64,000 bases of DNA, from positions 352,001-416,000 of the forward strand of contig CAXXFF010000001.1 in NCBI GenBank assembly GCA_963676835.2. Direction: 5' to 3'. The DNA comes from Marispirochaeta sp. Lineage in GTDB: Bacteria > Spirochaetota > Spirochaetia > JC444 > Marispirochaetaceae. The notes below the pieces were generated by a model that saw nothing but the letters and a program-made list of their open reading frames with translations, was not told where the DNA came from and did no database searches. Both the position numbers and the translations under genes were made by a program. Numbering within the stretch: the stretch's first letter is position 1; each line of letters opens with the position of its first letter. Positions 48,548-59,023 of this stretch are shown piece after piece.

Positions 48548-49303
48548 TTACCCTTCCCCGCCGAGAAACAGGGTCTGATATTCTTTGAGAGCTTTGTTCA
48601 TCAGTCCCATATCATGGGACAAGAGAAAAAAGTCAGCTCCGGCACTGTACCATTTATCCAGATCCGAAGGATTTCCAACACTTATCCCTACAGCAACACC
48701 GTGCTGTTTGGCGGAACTGAAAACCTTTTTCACCGCGTCTTCAAAACCCTCTTCGCGGCCGGTTCTTTTCATGGAAAACCTGAGATCGCTTGCACCGATA
48801 AGACAGGCAGTTACACCGGGAACGGAAAGAATATCCGCCGATTTTTCCGCAGCCTCCGCTGTTTCGATCATAACAATAACCTGGACCTTTTCATTGATAT
48901 AATCAAAATAGTCATCACCGTAAAAGACACCGGCAGGACTGCTCTTTGAACGCATTCCAAGGGGCGGATAATAGGCTCCTTTAACCGCTTTTTCCGCTTC
49001 TTCCCTGCTTTCCACCATGGGAACGATTATCCCTGCAGCACCGGCATCAAGCAGATTATTAATGGAACCGGAGTCGTTGTTAGCCACCCGGCCAATGGGA
49101 ACGGGTCCTCCGGAACGGGCAAGACAGCGAATCGCGCTGGTGGCATCTGCCTTGTCAAAGTGTCCGTGCTGCATATCTACCATGGCATAATCAAAACGTG
49201 TCCGCCCTACCATTTCAGCTATACGTACACTTCCCAGGCAGACACCGAAACCGATAACCGGTTTATTACCGGAAAGTTTAATTTCCCTGAATCCATCTTT
49301 CAT
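48548..49303 (-). CDS. HpcH/HpaI aldolase family protein
   Basis: VDMQHG, LDAGAAGIIVPMVES, YPPLGMR, VMIET, IGASDL. Confidence 0.9.
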   Translation of the reverse strand: MKDGFREIKLSGNKPVIGFGVCLGSVRIAEMVGRTRFDYAMVDMQHGHFDKADATSAIRCLARSGGPVPIGRVANNDSGSINNLLDAGAAGIIVPMVESREEAEKAVKGAYYPPLGMRSKSSPAGVFYGDDYFDYINEKVQVIVMIETAEAAEKSADILSVPGVTACLIGASDLRFSMKRTGREEGFEDAVKKVFSSAKQHGVAVGISVGNPSDLDKWYSAGADFFLLSHDMGLMNKALKEYQTLFLGGEG

Positions 49304-49362
49304 AACAAGTTCAAATCTCCTTTTTCATTTTAAGCATCGGCTTTAGAGGAGTTTTAACTTAC

Positions 49363-49519
49363 GGGCACTTCTAAAAACGTAGTATTTTTGCCATAGCCCA
49401 GGAGGATAGATTTTATAGCGCCCGCACCCTGCACCAAAATTGTTTTGGTGCAGGGGAGGACCGCGGGAAATCTTGACGACGCAGGATATGGAGAAAAGAG
49501 TAGTTTTTAGAGGTGGCCT
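49363..49519. mobile_element. MITE-like element, long copy with internal 13-bp hairpin
   Basis: Imperfect terminal inverted repeats GGGCACTTCTAAAAAC / GTTTTTAGAGGTGGCC; internal CCCTGCACCAAAA-TTG-TTTTGGTGCAGGG at 49427-49455. Confidence 0.72.
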
Positions 49520-49551
49520 TACGGGCAGGTCAGAGAAAGAAGAAATATTAT

Positions 49552-50718
49552 TCAGCGGAATTCCCGGACCATCTGATCAACAGCAAGCTTATCCATCCCA
49601 ATCTCTGCAAGCACATTATCGTCCAGTGCATGAATAAAGAGATCTATACCCAGAGCTTTCCAGGCGATATGTGAAGCTGCATATACAATGTAAACAAACT
49701 TCGGCTTCATACATGAACAGCCGGACAAAAGCCGGTAATTGAGGGCACTTTCTATATAGGGAATCGGCATCCCCCACCAGTTGAGCAGAAAACCGCCGGC
49801 TTCCATGTGATCATACCCAAGAATTTCCTGTTCAATTTCAGCAATATCCCTGGCAGGATTTTTTTTCTTTTCAGTTAACACGGCATCATATTGATTCCCG
49901 AGTTTGCTCATAAGCAGTATGAGACCTATTGTATGCAGAAGCCCTGCTGAACCCAGTTCGGCACTCATTTTCAGGGAATCCTTCAGGGAGAAGAGATATT
50001 TTACAATCCTGTTGGTAAGAAAAGCATGTTCCCAGAGCTTAAGCTTCTCAAGCTTGTCTGCATTAGCTTTAAATACATCGGTGGCAATAATAATCTGTTG
50101 TACATTTAAAAGACCGATCATCATAATGGCCTGCTTTATAGAGCTTGCATTGCATCCATAATGAGCCCGGTTGGCAATACGCAGGATATTTGCAGAAATT
50201 ACAAAATCACGATTAATCTGTTCGGTAATCTCGTCTACCGACGCATCATCCCGGATCATTGCAGATATTTCCTGATGAAGCTTCGGCAGCGTCGGAAGAC
50301 CGCCCAGCTCATCCATCCTGTCATTTAAATGCTGATCGGTCATACGCTCTTTAATAGAAAGCAGCCTCTCAATATCCTGAAGAAGCTCGTCATTCTGCCA
50401 GGGTTTGTGAATATAAAACTGCAGCAGGTTTTCTATAATTGCATTGGTTACCCGTTTGTTATCTGAATATCCGCTTAACATACCCCGAAAAGCGGAGGGA
50501 TACAGTTCCCGAACCTTATTCAGAAAAGTAAGACCATCCATTTCAGGCATCATCATATCGGTAATCACCATATCCGGCATGCCATTTTCTGCCATATGGT
50601 CCAGAGCTTCCTGTCCGCTTTCAAAATAGCTGCATTCATAACTGCTGCGGAACAATACCCTGCGGATAGCCCGCAAAATCATCTGCTCATCGTCGACAAA
50701 AACAATCTTCCAGCTCAT
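49552..50718 (-). CDS. Response regulator with HDOD domain
   Basis: FVDDE, ITDMMMPEMDG, KPW receiver; LPTLP, ILRIAN, SIKQAI..IG, GLLH.IG, DH.EAG..LL.WW. Confidence 0.9.
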   Translation of the reverse strand: MSWKIVFVDDEQMILRAIRRVLFRSSYECSYFESGQEALDHMAENGMPDMVITDMMMPEMDGLTFLNKVRELYPSAFRGMLSGYSDNKRVTNAIIENLLQFYIHKPWQNDELLQDIERLLSIKERMTDQHLNDRMDELGGLPTLPKLHQEISAMIRDDASVDEITEQINRDFVISANILRIANRAHYGCNASSIKQAIMMIGLLNVQQIIIATDVFKANADKLEKLKLWEHAFLTNRIVKYLFSLKDSLKMSAELGSAGLLHTIGLILLMSKLGNQYDAVLTEKKKNPARDIAEIEQEILGYDHMEAGGFLLNWWGMPIPYIESALNYRLLSGCSCMKPKFVYIVYAASHIAWKALGIDLFIHALDDNVLAEIGMDKLAVDQMVREFR

Positions 50719-50744
50719 TTGATTCTCCAGAGTACTTCAGGCTC

Positions 50745-52187
50745 TCATTCAACAGGAAAGACCAGGGTAAACCTTGTTCCTTCACCCGGTTTTGTTTCAA
50801 CAGATATTTCCCCTTTGTTCTGCCGCACAAGATCGAAGGCAATACTCATTCCCAGTCCGGTCCCTTTTCCGATGGGTTTTGTGGTGAAAAACGGACTGAA
50901 GATTTTGTCGGCAGTAGCCTGATCCATACCGATACCGTTATCTCCGATAACGCAGGTAACGGTACTGCCATCGGAATCCACCTCAATGTCAATAACAGGC
51001 TTACGATCTGTCAGGCCATCAAAAGCATCCACGGCATTCATGATTATGTTCAGCAGAACCTGATTTATCTGGCTTCCGTGGCAGTTGATCCGGGGTATAT
51101 CAGGACCGGAATTTCTGATCACTTCCACCCGCCCCTTAAGTCGGCTTCCGGCAACAATAAGAGTATTGTCAATTCCTTCCATGATGTCATATGAGAATGT
51201 CCCACCCTCGTCTCCGGCATGAGAAAAATAGCGCAGGCCGTCGACAATCTTCCGTACCCGGTTAATACCTATCTCTACAGATTCCATAAGTTCATAGATA
51301 TCTTCTCGGATAAACTCAAGCTTCTTAGAATGAAGGGTTTCCTGTATTTTGCCTATTCTGCTTTTAATCTCTTTTATCGAATTTTCTGCCAGAGCCTCGG
51401 TACTAAATCTGCTGCAGAGATCCAGAGTTTCCATAAAAACAGCGGTATAATCGTTGAGAACTGTATGGTTACTGAGAATGAAAGCCAGGGGATTATTGAT
51501 TTCATGAGCAACTCCTGCTGCAATCTGACCTATTGCCACCATCTGTTCCTGGCGGACCATCTGGCTTTGAGCCCGCTTCAATTCCTCGATGGTAGCGGCA
51601 AGATTGCTATTGCTCTCTTTTAATCTCTGCTCGGACCTCAATCTGGCAAAGGCATTACTGAACAACTCGCTGGCTACTTTAAGAATTGTGGTATCTGCCT
51701 TTGTCCATTTACCCAGGCTGCGGGTGTTGTCAAAACCGACAAAACCAACTAACTCTCCGGAAATATTAAGAGGAAGAACGAGTACAGAAAGGATATCCTG
51801 TGATTCAAGAGCCTCCTTTTCTGCAGCAGCTTCCGGGCCGAGGAGAGAAACATCATGAATGTCGAGAATCTCTCCCTTGCCCAGCTGCTGTATCCACCAG
51901 GGAAACATTGAGAGCGGGAGGTTCTGGAGTTTATGCTGTTCCGGCTCAACACCCCGGTCACACCATTCAAAGGTGTTATGCATAAACTTCCGGCTGGAAT
52001 CAAACTCGAAAAGGTAGGCTCTGCCTGCATCACAGAAAGTCCCTATACGTTCAAGTGCTTCATTAACGGCATCGGTTACTTCGTTGACCATTACAAACTT
52101 GCGGGCTACTTCCGCTATCAGCTTTTCGAGCTCAAGTTGTCTTTCAAGATCATGGGTGTTCATCTGACTGCGATCTGATCTCCTCAC
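50745..52187 (-). CDS. GAF-sensor histidine kinase (NtrB type)
   Basis: GAF (DAGRAYLFEF...EWC), AAGVAHEINNPL H-box, QVLLNIIMNA, DNGIG, PFFTTK..GKGTGLG. Confidence 0.92.
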   Translation of the reverse strand: MRRSDRSQMNTHDLERQLELEKLIAEVARKFVMVNEVTDAVNEALERIGTFCDAGRAYLFEFDSSRKFMHNTFEWCDRGVEPEQHKLQNLPLSMFPWWIQQLGKGEILDIHDVSLLGPEAAAEKEALESQDILSVLVLPLNISGELVGFVGFDNTRSLGKWTKADTTILKVASELFSNAFARLRSEQRLKESNSNLAATIEELKRAQSQMVRQEQMVAIGQIAAGVAHEINNPLAFILSNHTVLNDYTAVFMETLDLCSRFSTEALAENSIKEIKSRIGKIQETLHSKKLEFIREDIYELMESVEIGINRVRKIVDGLRYFSHAGDEGGTFSYDIMEGIDNTLIVAGSRLKGRVEVIRNSGPDIPRINCHGSQINQVLLNIIMNAVDAFDGLTDRKPVIDIEVDSDGSTVTCVIGDNGIGMDQATADKIFSPFFTTKPIGKGTGLGMSIAFDLVRQNKGEISVETKPGEGTRFTLVFPVE

Positions 52188-52308
52188 AAAAAGCGTAGGC
52201 TATCTGCAGGTTCAAGTCAAATTGGCCGTAACTATAATACCCATTGGTTATAAGATTAAGGTTTATGCTAAGATCAGCGTATTCACACTGCACCGGAAGG
52301 TTTTTGAC

Positions 52309-52662
52309 ATGAAGACAACAGAGAGCTGGATCAGTAAAGACGGGTATGACACGTCACTGCTTGCAGATGCGGAGAGTCTCAACTCCCCGGGAACAGAAAT
52401 ACAGAAAGTCCGCTTTAACAGCGGTAAGTATGCCCATTTTCACAAGGAAAAAACCGAGTTTTTCTTCGTGATCAGCGGGTACGGTGAAATAACTGCGGGA
52501 ACGTCCACAACCGAACTCAAACCGGGAGTCAGCATAGTGGTACAACCGGGTCAGCACCATACCTTTATTGTCCCGGAGGGTTCACCGCCGGTGGAAGCAC
52601 TGATGGTGAAAACCAACAGCTCACCGGAAGATACCTACCCCGTGGTAAACCAGGTACAATAA
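52309..52662 (+). CDS. Cupin-domain protein
   Basis: HFHKEKTEFFFVISG.G, VQPGQHH; start taken at ATG 52309. Confidence 0.85.
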   Translation: MKTTESWISKDGYDTSLLADAESLNSPGTEIQKVRFNSGKYAHFHKEKTEFFFVISGYGEITAGTSTTELKPGVSIVVQPGQHHTFIVPEGSPPVEALMVKTNSSPEDTYPVVNQVQ

Positions 52663-52690
52663 ATAAAATGCCGCCCGTAACACGGGCGGC
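52661..52690 (-). terminator. Intrinsic terminator of the transketolase gene
   Basis: GCCGCCCGT-AAC-ACGGGCGGC, followed on the minus strand by ATTTTATTT. Confidence 0.75.
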
Positions 52691-52724
52691 GGGCATGAGA
52701 AATCCTACACAGAAAGGATTGAGC

Positions 52725-54797
52725 TTATTTTTTAATCAGGTCCGCAAGCTGCGCCGGAGAAAGACCATACTTCTCAAGGAGCTGCTCATAAGTTGCTGAG
52801 TGTACAAATCGTACCTCTCCGGTCTCTCTGAGGGTATTAACAGCGGTAAAGTTCTCTGTTGAGATACTCTTCTTACTGAAGAGTGACTTCTGCATATTCC
52901 GCCAGATATACCCGTTATTCTGCTCGGCGACAATAACTTTCTTGCCGCTGTCATGGAGCATACTGATCATCTCATCATCGATGGTAGACATATCCACAAT
53001 GGCAGTCTTAACACCGCTGGCTATTTCAGCTGCCTTCATGGCCTCATATACTCCACGGCCTGAGCTTACGACATATACATCCGGATCCTTTGTTTCTCCG
53101 AAGATTGCCGCTTTTCCAAACTCGAATTTGTAATCCTTGTCATAAATTGCGGGAGTACCGGAACGGAGTATACGCAGATAGATAAGCCCCTTATTACCTT
53201 CCATAATCCATTTCATAATGGAAAGCAGCTGGTTGGGACAGCATGCATCAATAATCTGCAGGTGAGCAATTCCCTCGTAAACAATGGAATCATCGTTACC
53301 CATGTGGGTTGCACCGTTGGTTTTTGTCTCAAGGTTGGGAGCTGTGGCAAGGAAGGTAAGGTCAAGACCATGTCCTTCTGCAAGCCATCCGTCGGCTTTT
53401 CCGGCTTCAAGACGCTCTTCGTGGCTTACGGCAATTCTGCGCAGAACCTTCCAGTCAAAGAAGGGACAGAAGGTACTTACCCAGGCGTTATATCCCATGG
53501 CGGCGAAGGATTCACCGACACACATCATGTTTGCTTCCGCAATCCCCACGTTGATAGCGCGCTGGGAATCGACATAACCAACTCCCGCTTCAAGACTGCT
53601 GATAACAGCAAGGTCGGAGTCAACCGACATTACCCGGGGGTCCAGGGCAAAAACCTTCATGGACTCCTTTACAACATCCTGAGCGGATACACTTGCTCCG
53701 AGCTCGTATCCGGGAAGACTTGAGGGATTCCAGCTGATTGTCTTATCGCGCTTTGCAGCTTTTTTGATTTTTACTGTTTTTTTGCCCGGAGCGACCTTAA
53801 GGTCACCGGACTTGGAAAAGGAGACATCCAGATTCATTCCGGCACCAAGGGCACCGACATAAGCCCGGAACTCTTCCTGTTCCTCTTTGCTGGCAACAGA
53901 GTTGGCAAGGTTTTCGAGGTCTTTAACCCTTCTCGCCCGCCGGGCTTCCTGCATGGCAATTTCCTGGTCGGCAATAGCATCGGGAAAGTCAACCTTGTGA
54001 CCGCCCATAAAACTCGAAATACCGCCGAAACCTTTTTTACCGTTACATACAATAAGGGTTGGACGGCCGTCACGGTCACCGTACTTGAACTCTTTCAGTC
54101 CTTCAACCACAGTTTCGTAGCGGGTAGCATCCACATTGATAACCTTCCAGCCGAAACTTGCAAAAGCGTCATCAACATTGTGCATGGGATAGGAAAGCCC
54201 CTTGGTGCTGTCCAGCTGACCTTCGTTCTTGTCGATCATCACACAAAGATTTTCAAGTCTTTTTGCTCCGGCATACATTACCGCTTCCCAGACAACGCCT
54301 TCCTGAAGCTCACCGTCACCGGTAAGACAGTAGACATCTGCAGCTTCACCGCATTCAGCGGCAAGGGCAAAACCTTCAGCGACACAGATTCCCTGCCCCA
54401 GAGGGCCTGTTGCTGTATGGATACCAGGCAGGATTGAACCGGGATGTCCATTGAGAATGCTGTCTCCGGAACGGCTGTTCTTCAGCACATCCTCCGGGAA
54501 GTAGCCCAGATCGGCATAGATGGAAGCGAGGGCAGCAATGGCATGACCTTTACTGAGAACAAAAAGGTCCTGCCCCTCTGCCGTGGGGTTTTCCACATCA
54601 TAGTTCATTGCTCCGCTGTAGTAGAGTGAAACCAGCGGAATGGTTGCCGAAAAGGCTCCACCGATGTGAATTCCCCGGTCTACAGCAGTTTTACCCTGCA
54701 GCAGGGTAAGAAGCCGGATGTCGCTGTCTTTTATTTCAAGAAGTTTATAAACAGCTGCTTTAAACATCCTGTCAATTGCATTATCGTCTTGTATCAT
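52725..54797 (-). CDS. Transketolase-family TPP enzyme (single chain)
   Basis: HIGGAFS, FVLSKGHA, LNGHP, TGPLGQG, GDGELQEG...DKN TPP motif, NVGIAEANM, GATHM. Confidence 0.88.
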   Translation of the reverse strand: MIQDDNAIDRMFKAAVYKLLEIKDSDIRLLTLLQGKTAVDRGIHIGGAFSATIPLVSLYYSGAMNYDVENPTAEGQDLFVLSKGHAIAALASIYADLGYFPEDVLKNSRSGDSILNGHPGSILPGIHTATGPLGQGICVAEGFALAAECGEAADVYCLTGDGELQEGVVWEAVMYAGAKRLENLCVMIDKNEGQLDSTKGLSYPMHNVDDAFASFGWKVINVDATRYETVVEGLKEFKYGDRDGRPTLIVCNGKKGFGGISSFMGGHKVDFPDAIADQEIAMQEARRARRVKDLENLANSVASKEEQEEFRAYVGALGAGMNLDVSFSKSGDLKVAPGKKTVKIKKAAKRDKTISWNPSSLPGYELGASVSAQDVVKESMKVFALDPRVMSVDSDLAVISSLEAGVGYVDSQRAINVGIAEANMMCVGESFAAMGYNAWVSTFCPFFDWKVLRRIAVSHEERLEAGKADGWLAEGHGLDLTFLATAPNLETKTNGATHMGNDDSIVYEGIAHLQIIDACCPNQLLSIMKWIMEGNKGLIYLRILRSGTPAIYDKDYKFEFGKAAIFGETKDPDVYVVSSGRGVYEAMKAAEIASGVKTAIVDMSTIDDEMISMLHDSGKKVIVAEQNNGYIWRNMQKSLFSKKSISTENFTAVNTLRETGEVRFVHSATYEQLLEKYGLSPAQLADLIKK

Positions 54798-54957
54798 TTG
54801 ATCCTCTCTTTAGTCCCATCATAGAGCATAAAAACACTCTTGTCACCCTTTTTATGATCAATTACAGGCTTTTTGTGCTCAATTGTGTACAATCTATTGT
54901 TTTTTATAAAACAATCGCTATATTGACACCCTCTGCAACATAGAGGATACTTTGCAA

Positions 54958-55311
54958 ATGGCAGAAAACAGCAACGATCTTTTTTCACTTTATGATCTGC
55001 AGGTTGAAACTGTCCGCGGCGAGAAAGACTTTGTCTGTGCCCATGACGAAGGAGTCAACTTTACGGTTATTGGCGAAAACATCGTATTCCCGAAAGAATC
55101 CAAATTTTCACTTTATGCCCTTTCCGCACTGTTGCCGCTCCTTCCAGCAAAGCAGAGAGAAACTGCAGATACTGACTGGATGACCACAGACACAGACATA
55201 GCCTGTCCGGATCCCAACTGCGGTGCCCGGTTTCGAATTACCCGCATAGCCAGACGTTCCTTCAGCCATGCAGACTGCACAGTTGTGCCCCTGAAAAAAA
55301 CAGATAAATAA
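54958..55311 (+). CDS. TIGR04076-family protein
   Basis: LYDL.VE, VC.H, FSLYALSALLPLLPAKQR...DWMTTD..IACPDPNC; coupled to the AKR gene by TAATG overlap. Confidence 0.75.
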   Translation: MAENSNDLFSLYDLQVETVRGEKDFVCAHDEGVNFTVIGENIVFPKESKFSLYALSALLPLLPAKQRETADTDWMTTDTDIACPDPNCGARFRITRIARRSFSHADCTVVPLKKTDK

Positions 55312-56372
55312 TGGAGTTTCCCTTGAATACCCGATATACCCTGAAAAACAGTTATACCTTCAGCCGCATTATCAACGGAGGCTGGCAGCTGTCCGAAGGC
55401 CATGCCCTTCAAAGCGCCATAGAAAGAGAAGATGTGCTGAAAGCCTTTCACCGGCTGGTGGAACAGGGATTTACCACATTTGACTGCGCAGATATCTACA
55501 CCGGAGTGGAAGAGTTTTACGGACAGTTTCTTAAGGAACATATCATGGCAGGTGGAAAGCGTGAGGACATACAGATTCACTCAAAGTATGTTCCGGACAG
55601 AACCATACTTGCGGAGCTTACCTCCCGGGATGTAAGGGATTCAATCGACCGGACGCTGCATCGCCTTGGAGTGGAACAGGTAGACATGATTCAGTTCCAC
55701 TGGTGGGAATATGATATTCCGGGATACATAGAGGCCCTGGGAGTTCTTACGGATTTACAGAAAGAGGGTAAAATTTCACAGGTTTCTCTTACCAACTTCG
55801 ATACACCGAGAACAAAAGAGATTGTAGAAGCGGGCATACCTGTTTCCAGCATGCAGGCTCAGTACAGCCTTTTTGACCGCCGGGTTGAAAACGGTATGCA
55901 GTCATTCTGTAGAGACAACGATATCGCCCTTCTCTGTTACGGAACCCTTGCAGGGGGATTCCTGACCAACAAATGGCTGGGCGCACCGGAACCAGAAAAC
56001 TGGGATAACCGTTCACTGGTTAAATACAGAATAATTATCAATGATTTTGGCGGATGGGACACATATCAGGAACTGCTCAGGCTGCTTGAAAGTATCAGCT
56101 CAAGCTATAATTGCACAATTGCCAATATTGCCAGCGCATATATTCTTCAGAAAGAGGCCGTAGGCGGAGTAATAATCGGAACCCGCAGCAGCAGGCATGT
56201 GGAGAGTAATTCGACAACCCTTGCGCTTCAGATGAAGACTGAAGATATACAGAAGATAGACACATTTTTAGCAGCCCATCCCGGTCCGAAGGGAGAACCC
56301 TTCGAACTGGAACGGGCGGAAGATGGTCCCCACATAAAGGTTATGCTCAGGAACCTCAATAAAGAAGCCTGA
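55311..56372 (+). CDS. Aldo/keto reductase
   Basis: IINGGWQLS.GH, FDCADIY, HSKYVPD, QFHWW, TNF, YSLFDRR, YGTLAGG. Confidence 0.92.
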   Translation: MEFPLNTRYTLKNSYTFSRIINGGWQLSEGHALQSAIEREDVLKAFHRLVEQGFTTFDCADIYTGVEEFYGQFLKEHIMAGGKREDIQIHSKYVPDRTILAELTSRDVRDSIDRTLHRLGVEQVDMIQFHWWEYDIPGYIEALGVLTDLQKEGKISQVSLTNFDTPRTKEIVEAGIPVSSMQAQYSLFDRRVENGMQSFCRDNDIALLCYGTLAGGFLTNKWLGAPEPENWDNRSLVKYRIIINDFGGWDTYQELLRLLESISSSYNCTIANIASAYILQKEAVGGVIIGTRSSRHVESNSTTLALQMKTEDIQKIDTFLAAHPGPKGEPFELERAEDGPHIKVMLRNLNKEA

Positions 56373-56377
56373 ATATA

Positions 56378-57760
56378 TCAGGCTTCCTCGTGTTTACGGC
56401 CCCAGCCGGTAATAACCGAAGCGAGCAGTACAAAAAAGAGGATAACCGGATAGATCATTCCCTTGGCAACACTTACAGGATCAAGACCCGCAAGGGCTAC
56501 GGAGATAAATACAAATACACTCAGGAAAGGAATAACCACCGGCAGTGTATTTACAAAACCGTCCAGCAGGTTTGCCCGGCGATAGGGATGAAGGCCCTTC
56601 TTCATACCGATTTCGTTTACAACAGGACCGAAGGTAAGAATTGCCGCACTGGTAACTCCGCCGAAGATCATACAGGTTACACAGGAACCGACGGTAATAG
56701 CAATTTCCGTGCCCCTGTCGGTTTTCGCCAGGCTTGATTTAAGAATGGCTTCAACCATTTTATCGATAGCCCCTGCGGCATCCAGAACACCCATAATACC
56801 GAAAACCGAAATTACCAGGGTAACAGTAGACATCATGCTGTTTACACCGGCAGGCAGAAATCCGGACACATGGTTTCCAAGTTCTCCGCTTGAAGCAAAC
56901 AGACTATCCACGGTAAAGATACCGGATACAAGGCCGGTAACAGTGCCCAGGATAAGTCCGACAGTAATAGCTTTAAACAGATCCCGGGTCTTTACTGCGG
57001 TAAAAAGGAGAGCCACCACAGGAATCAGCATAACAAGTCTGCGGGCATCTCCCATGGTTTCAGTGGACGATCCCATCTCTCCGCCGCCGCCGAGAATTAC
57101 ATAGAGAACAATGGCAATTACACCTGCAACAGCGGAATACTTGAAACGGCTGCCTACAACACCTGCAATATCCGCGGTTTCGCCGTTTTTAAACTGCTGG
57201 GTGGATGCGGAAGCAATGGTGGTATCCGAAATAGGAGCCAGGTTGTCTCCGAAGATACATCCGGAAGTTATTGCACCTGCAAGAAAAGCAGGATTCGCTC
57301 CGAGAACAGTACCTGCACCGAAGAATATCGGAAAAGCAGCAAACATGGTTCCGATTGAAGATCCCGTAGCGGTGGAGATAATACAGCAGGAGATAAATAC
57401 AAAAGCGGTAAAAGCTCCCCCTGTAAGGTGCATGCGGCTTGCAAGCCATACAAAACCTTCAGATGCATTGCTGTCTTTCATCATCTGGGAGAACATACCG
57501 ATTACAAAAAGAATTACCACGATGGTAACCGAATTGGGCGAAGCGATACCCGCGATAACACTCTTCCAGTAGGTACTGTAGTTCTTCACAAATAGTCCGC
57601 CGATAATCAGCCCCAGAAATCCGCCCATTGCAAGTGCATGCATGTCATAGGACAGAAATACCAGAAACAACAGTACACAGAAGACAAAAAATACAGCCAG
57701 CGGAATAAATGCCATTCCCCAGCCCCCGCGAAAGACTAATTTTTCTTTCTCCATAAACAA
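56378..57760 (-). CDS. NhaC-family transporter (probably amino acid or organic acid)
   Basis: STATGSSIGT, GAITSGCIFGDNLAPISDTTI; many TM helices. Confidence 0.85.
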   Translation of the reverse strand: MFMEKEKLVFRGGWGMAFIPLAVFFVFCVLLFLVFLSYDMHALAMGGFLGLIIGGLFVKNYSTYWKSVIAGIASPNSVTIVVILFVIGMFSQMMKDSNASEGFVWLASRMHLTGGAFTAFVFISCCIISTATGSSIGTMFAAFPIFFGAGTVLGANPAFLAGAITSGCIFGDNLAPISDTTIASASTQQFKNGETADIAGVVGSRFKYSAVAGVIAIVLYVILGGGGEMGSSTETMGDARRLVMLIPVVALLFTAVKTRDLFKAITVGLILGTVTGLVSGIFTVDSLFASSGELGNHVSGFLPAGVNSMMSTVTLVISVFGIMGVLDAAGAIDKMVEAILKSSLAKTDRGTEIAITVGSCVTCMIFGGVTSAAILTFGPVVNEIGMKKGLHPYRRANLLDGFVNTLPVVIPFLSVFVFISVALAGLDPVSVAKGMIYPVILFFVLLASVITGWGRKHEEA

Positions 57761-57796
57761 CCCCTCTATAATTTTTATAATTACCGTTACGGGTAA

Positions 57797-59023
57797 TTAA
57801 CTTGCCATTCTTTTCTCTTCTCCCAGCTGGATCAGAGCATTTCTAATACGTTTAAAAGCCTCTTCCGCCCGCTTATCGTCTGCAAAAGCGCCGGTTACTA
57901 TTCGCAGATAACCTTCACCATGCTCTCCGTATGGTACACCTTCGTTTACCAGCACCCGGGCATGCTCCAGAAGATAGGCAGCAACCTCGGCAGACGTGCC
58001 AAGTGCTTCTATTTTAATCCAGGTCAGAATGCCGCTTTCGGGCATCCTCATTTCCACTCCAGGTACGGAACTGAAAATCTCATAGGCCATGCGCCGCCGC
58101 CTTTCCAGCCGGCCGAAGTTGGATTTAAGAACCTCATCATCTTCAACAGCAGTAATAGCCGCCAGAGAACTTATTGTGCTAGGCGCACCCAGAATATTCA
58201 CCGCCCCGCCGTAGAGCACATCCATAATAACATCACTTCCGTAGATATAGCCAATCCGAAATCCGCTTAAACCAATTCCCTTGGAAATGGAGCAGACCGT
58301 CAAAGTCCGTTCCCACATTCCCGGCAGGGTTGCGGGGTGTACAAACTCTATTCCATCATAGATGTGATCTTCAAAAGCCTGGTCGGAGACCAGAATAAGA
58401 TCGTTTTCGATAACAAAACGGCTCAGAGCTTCCACCGACTCCCGGCGGAATACTGTTGTGGTTGGATTATTTGGATGGGTGATAAGCACCATCTTGGTCT
58501 TATCTGTAAGCCGCTTCTCAAACTCTTTAATGCGGATCTGGTAGTTATCTTCATACAAGAGAGGAACTGTGACGCTCGTTCCTCCTAGAAGCTTCGGGTT
58601 AAGAATATTACTGGGATAACAGGGCTCGGGAATCAGAACCTCATCTCCCGGTTCGATAAAAGGCATCATGGCATATATCAGCCCTGAATCTGAACCGGGT
58701 GAAACAATGATGTTCCTGCTAGGGTCAAGCTCCAGTCCGGTTTGCCTGCTCACCTTGTCCGACAGCGTTTTCCGTAAATCATACAGACCGATAGGCATGG
58801 AGTAATGGGAGCAGGTTCCTTCCTCTATAACCTGCTGCATTGTCTCTTTTACTGAAGCAGGCAGTGACGGATCGGGAAAAAACGGATCTGCCCAGGCCAT
58901 GATATCCACCCCCTGCTCCATGAGTTTCATGGCGCCTTCCCCCACGTCGGCTTTGGTTACATCTGAAAACAGCCCGCCTTCCAGGCTGCGGAAGCGGCTG
59001 TTCATTTTGCTGCGGATATTCAT
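57797..59023 (-). CDS. PLP-dependent aminotransferase class I/II
   Basis: PGDEVLIPEP.Y, PNNPT, VSDQAF, SISKGIGLSGFRIGY. Confidence 0.92.
   Translation of the reverse strand: MNIRSKMNSRFRSLEGGLFSDVTKADVGEGAMKLMEQGVDIMAWADPFFPDPSLPASVKETMQQVIEEGTCSHYSMPIGLYDLRKTLSDKVSRQTGLELDPSRNIIVSPGSDSGLIYAMMPFIEPGDEVLIPEPCYPSNILNPKLLGGTSVTVPLLYEDNYQIRIKEFEKRLTDKTKMVLITHPNNPTTTVFRRESVEALSRFVIENDLILVSDQAFEDHIYDGIEFVHPATLPGMWERTLTVCSISKGIGLSGFRIGYIYGSDVIMDVLYGGAVNILGAPSTISSLAAITAVEDDEVLKSNFGRLERRRRMAYEIFSSVPGVEMRMPESGILTWIKIEALGTSAEVAAYLLEHARVLVNEGVPYGEHGEGYLRIVTGAFADDKRAEEAFKRIRNALIQLGEEKRMAS

Noticed and set aside
46153..49637. Small ORFs containing MEKRVVF at 46153 and 49440
   Set aside because: Both arise from the shared right end of the MITE-like repeat, not from a protein family.
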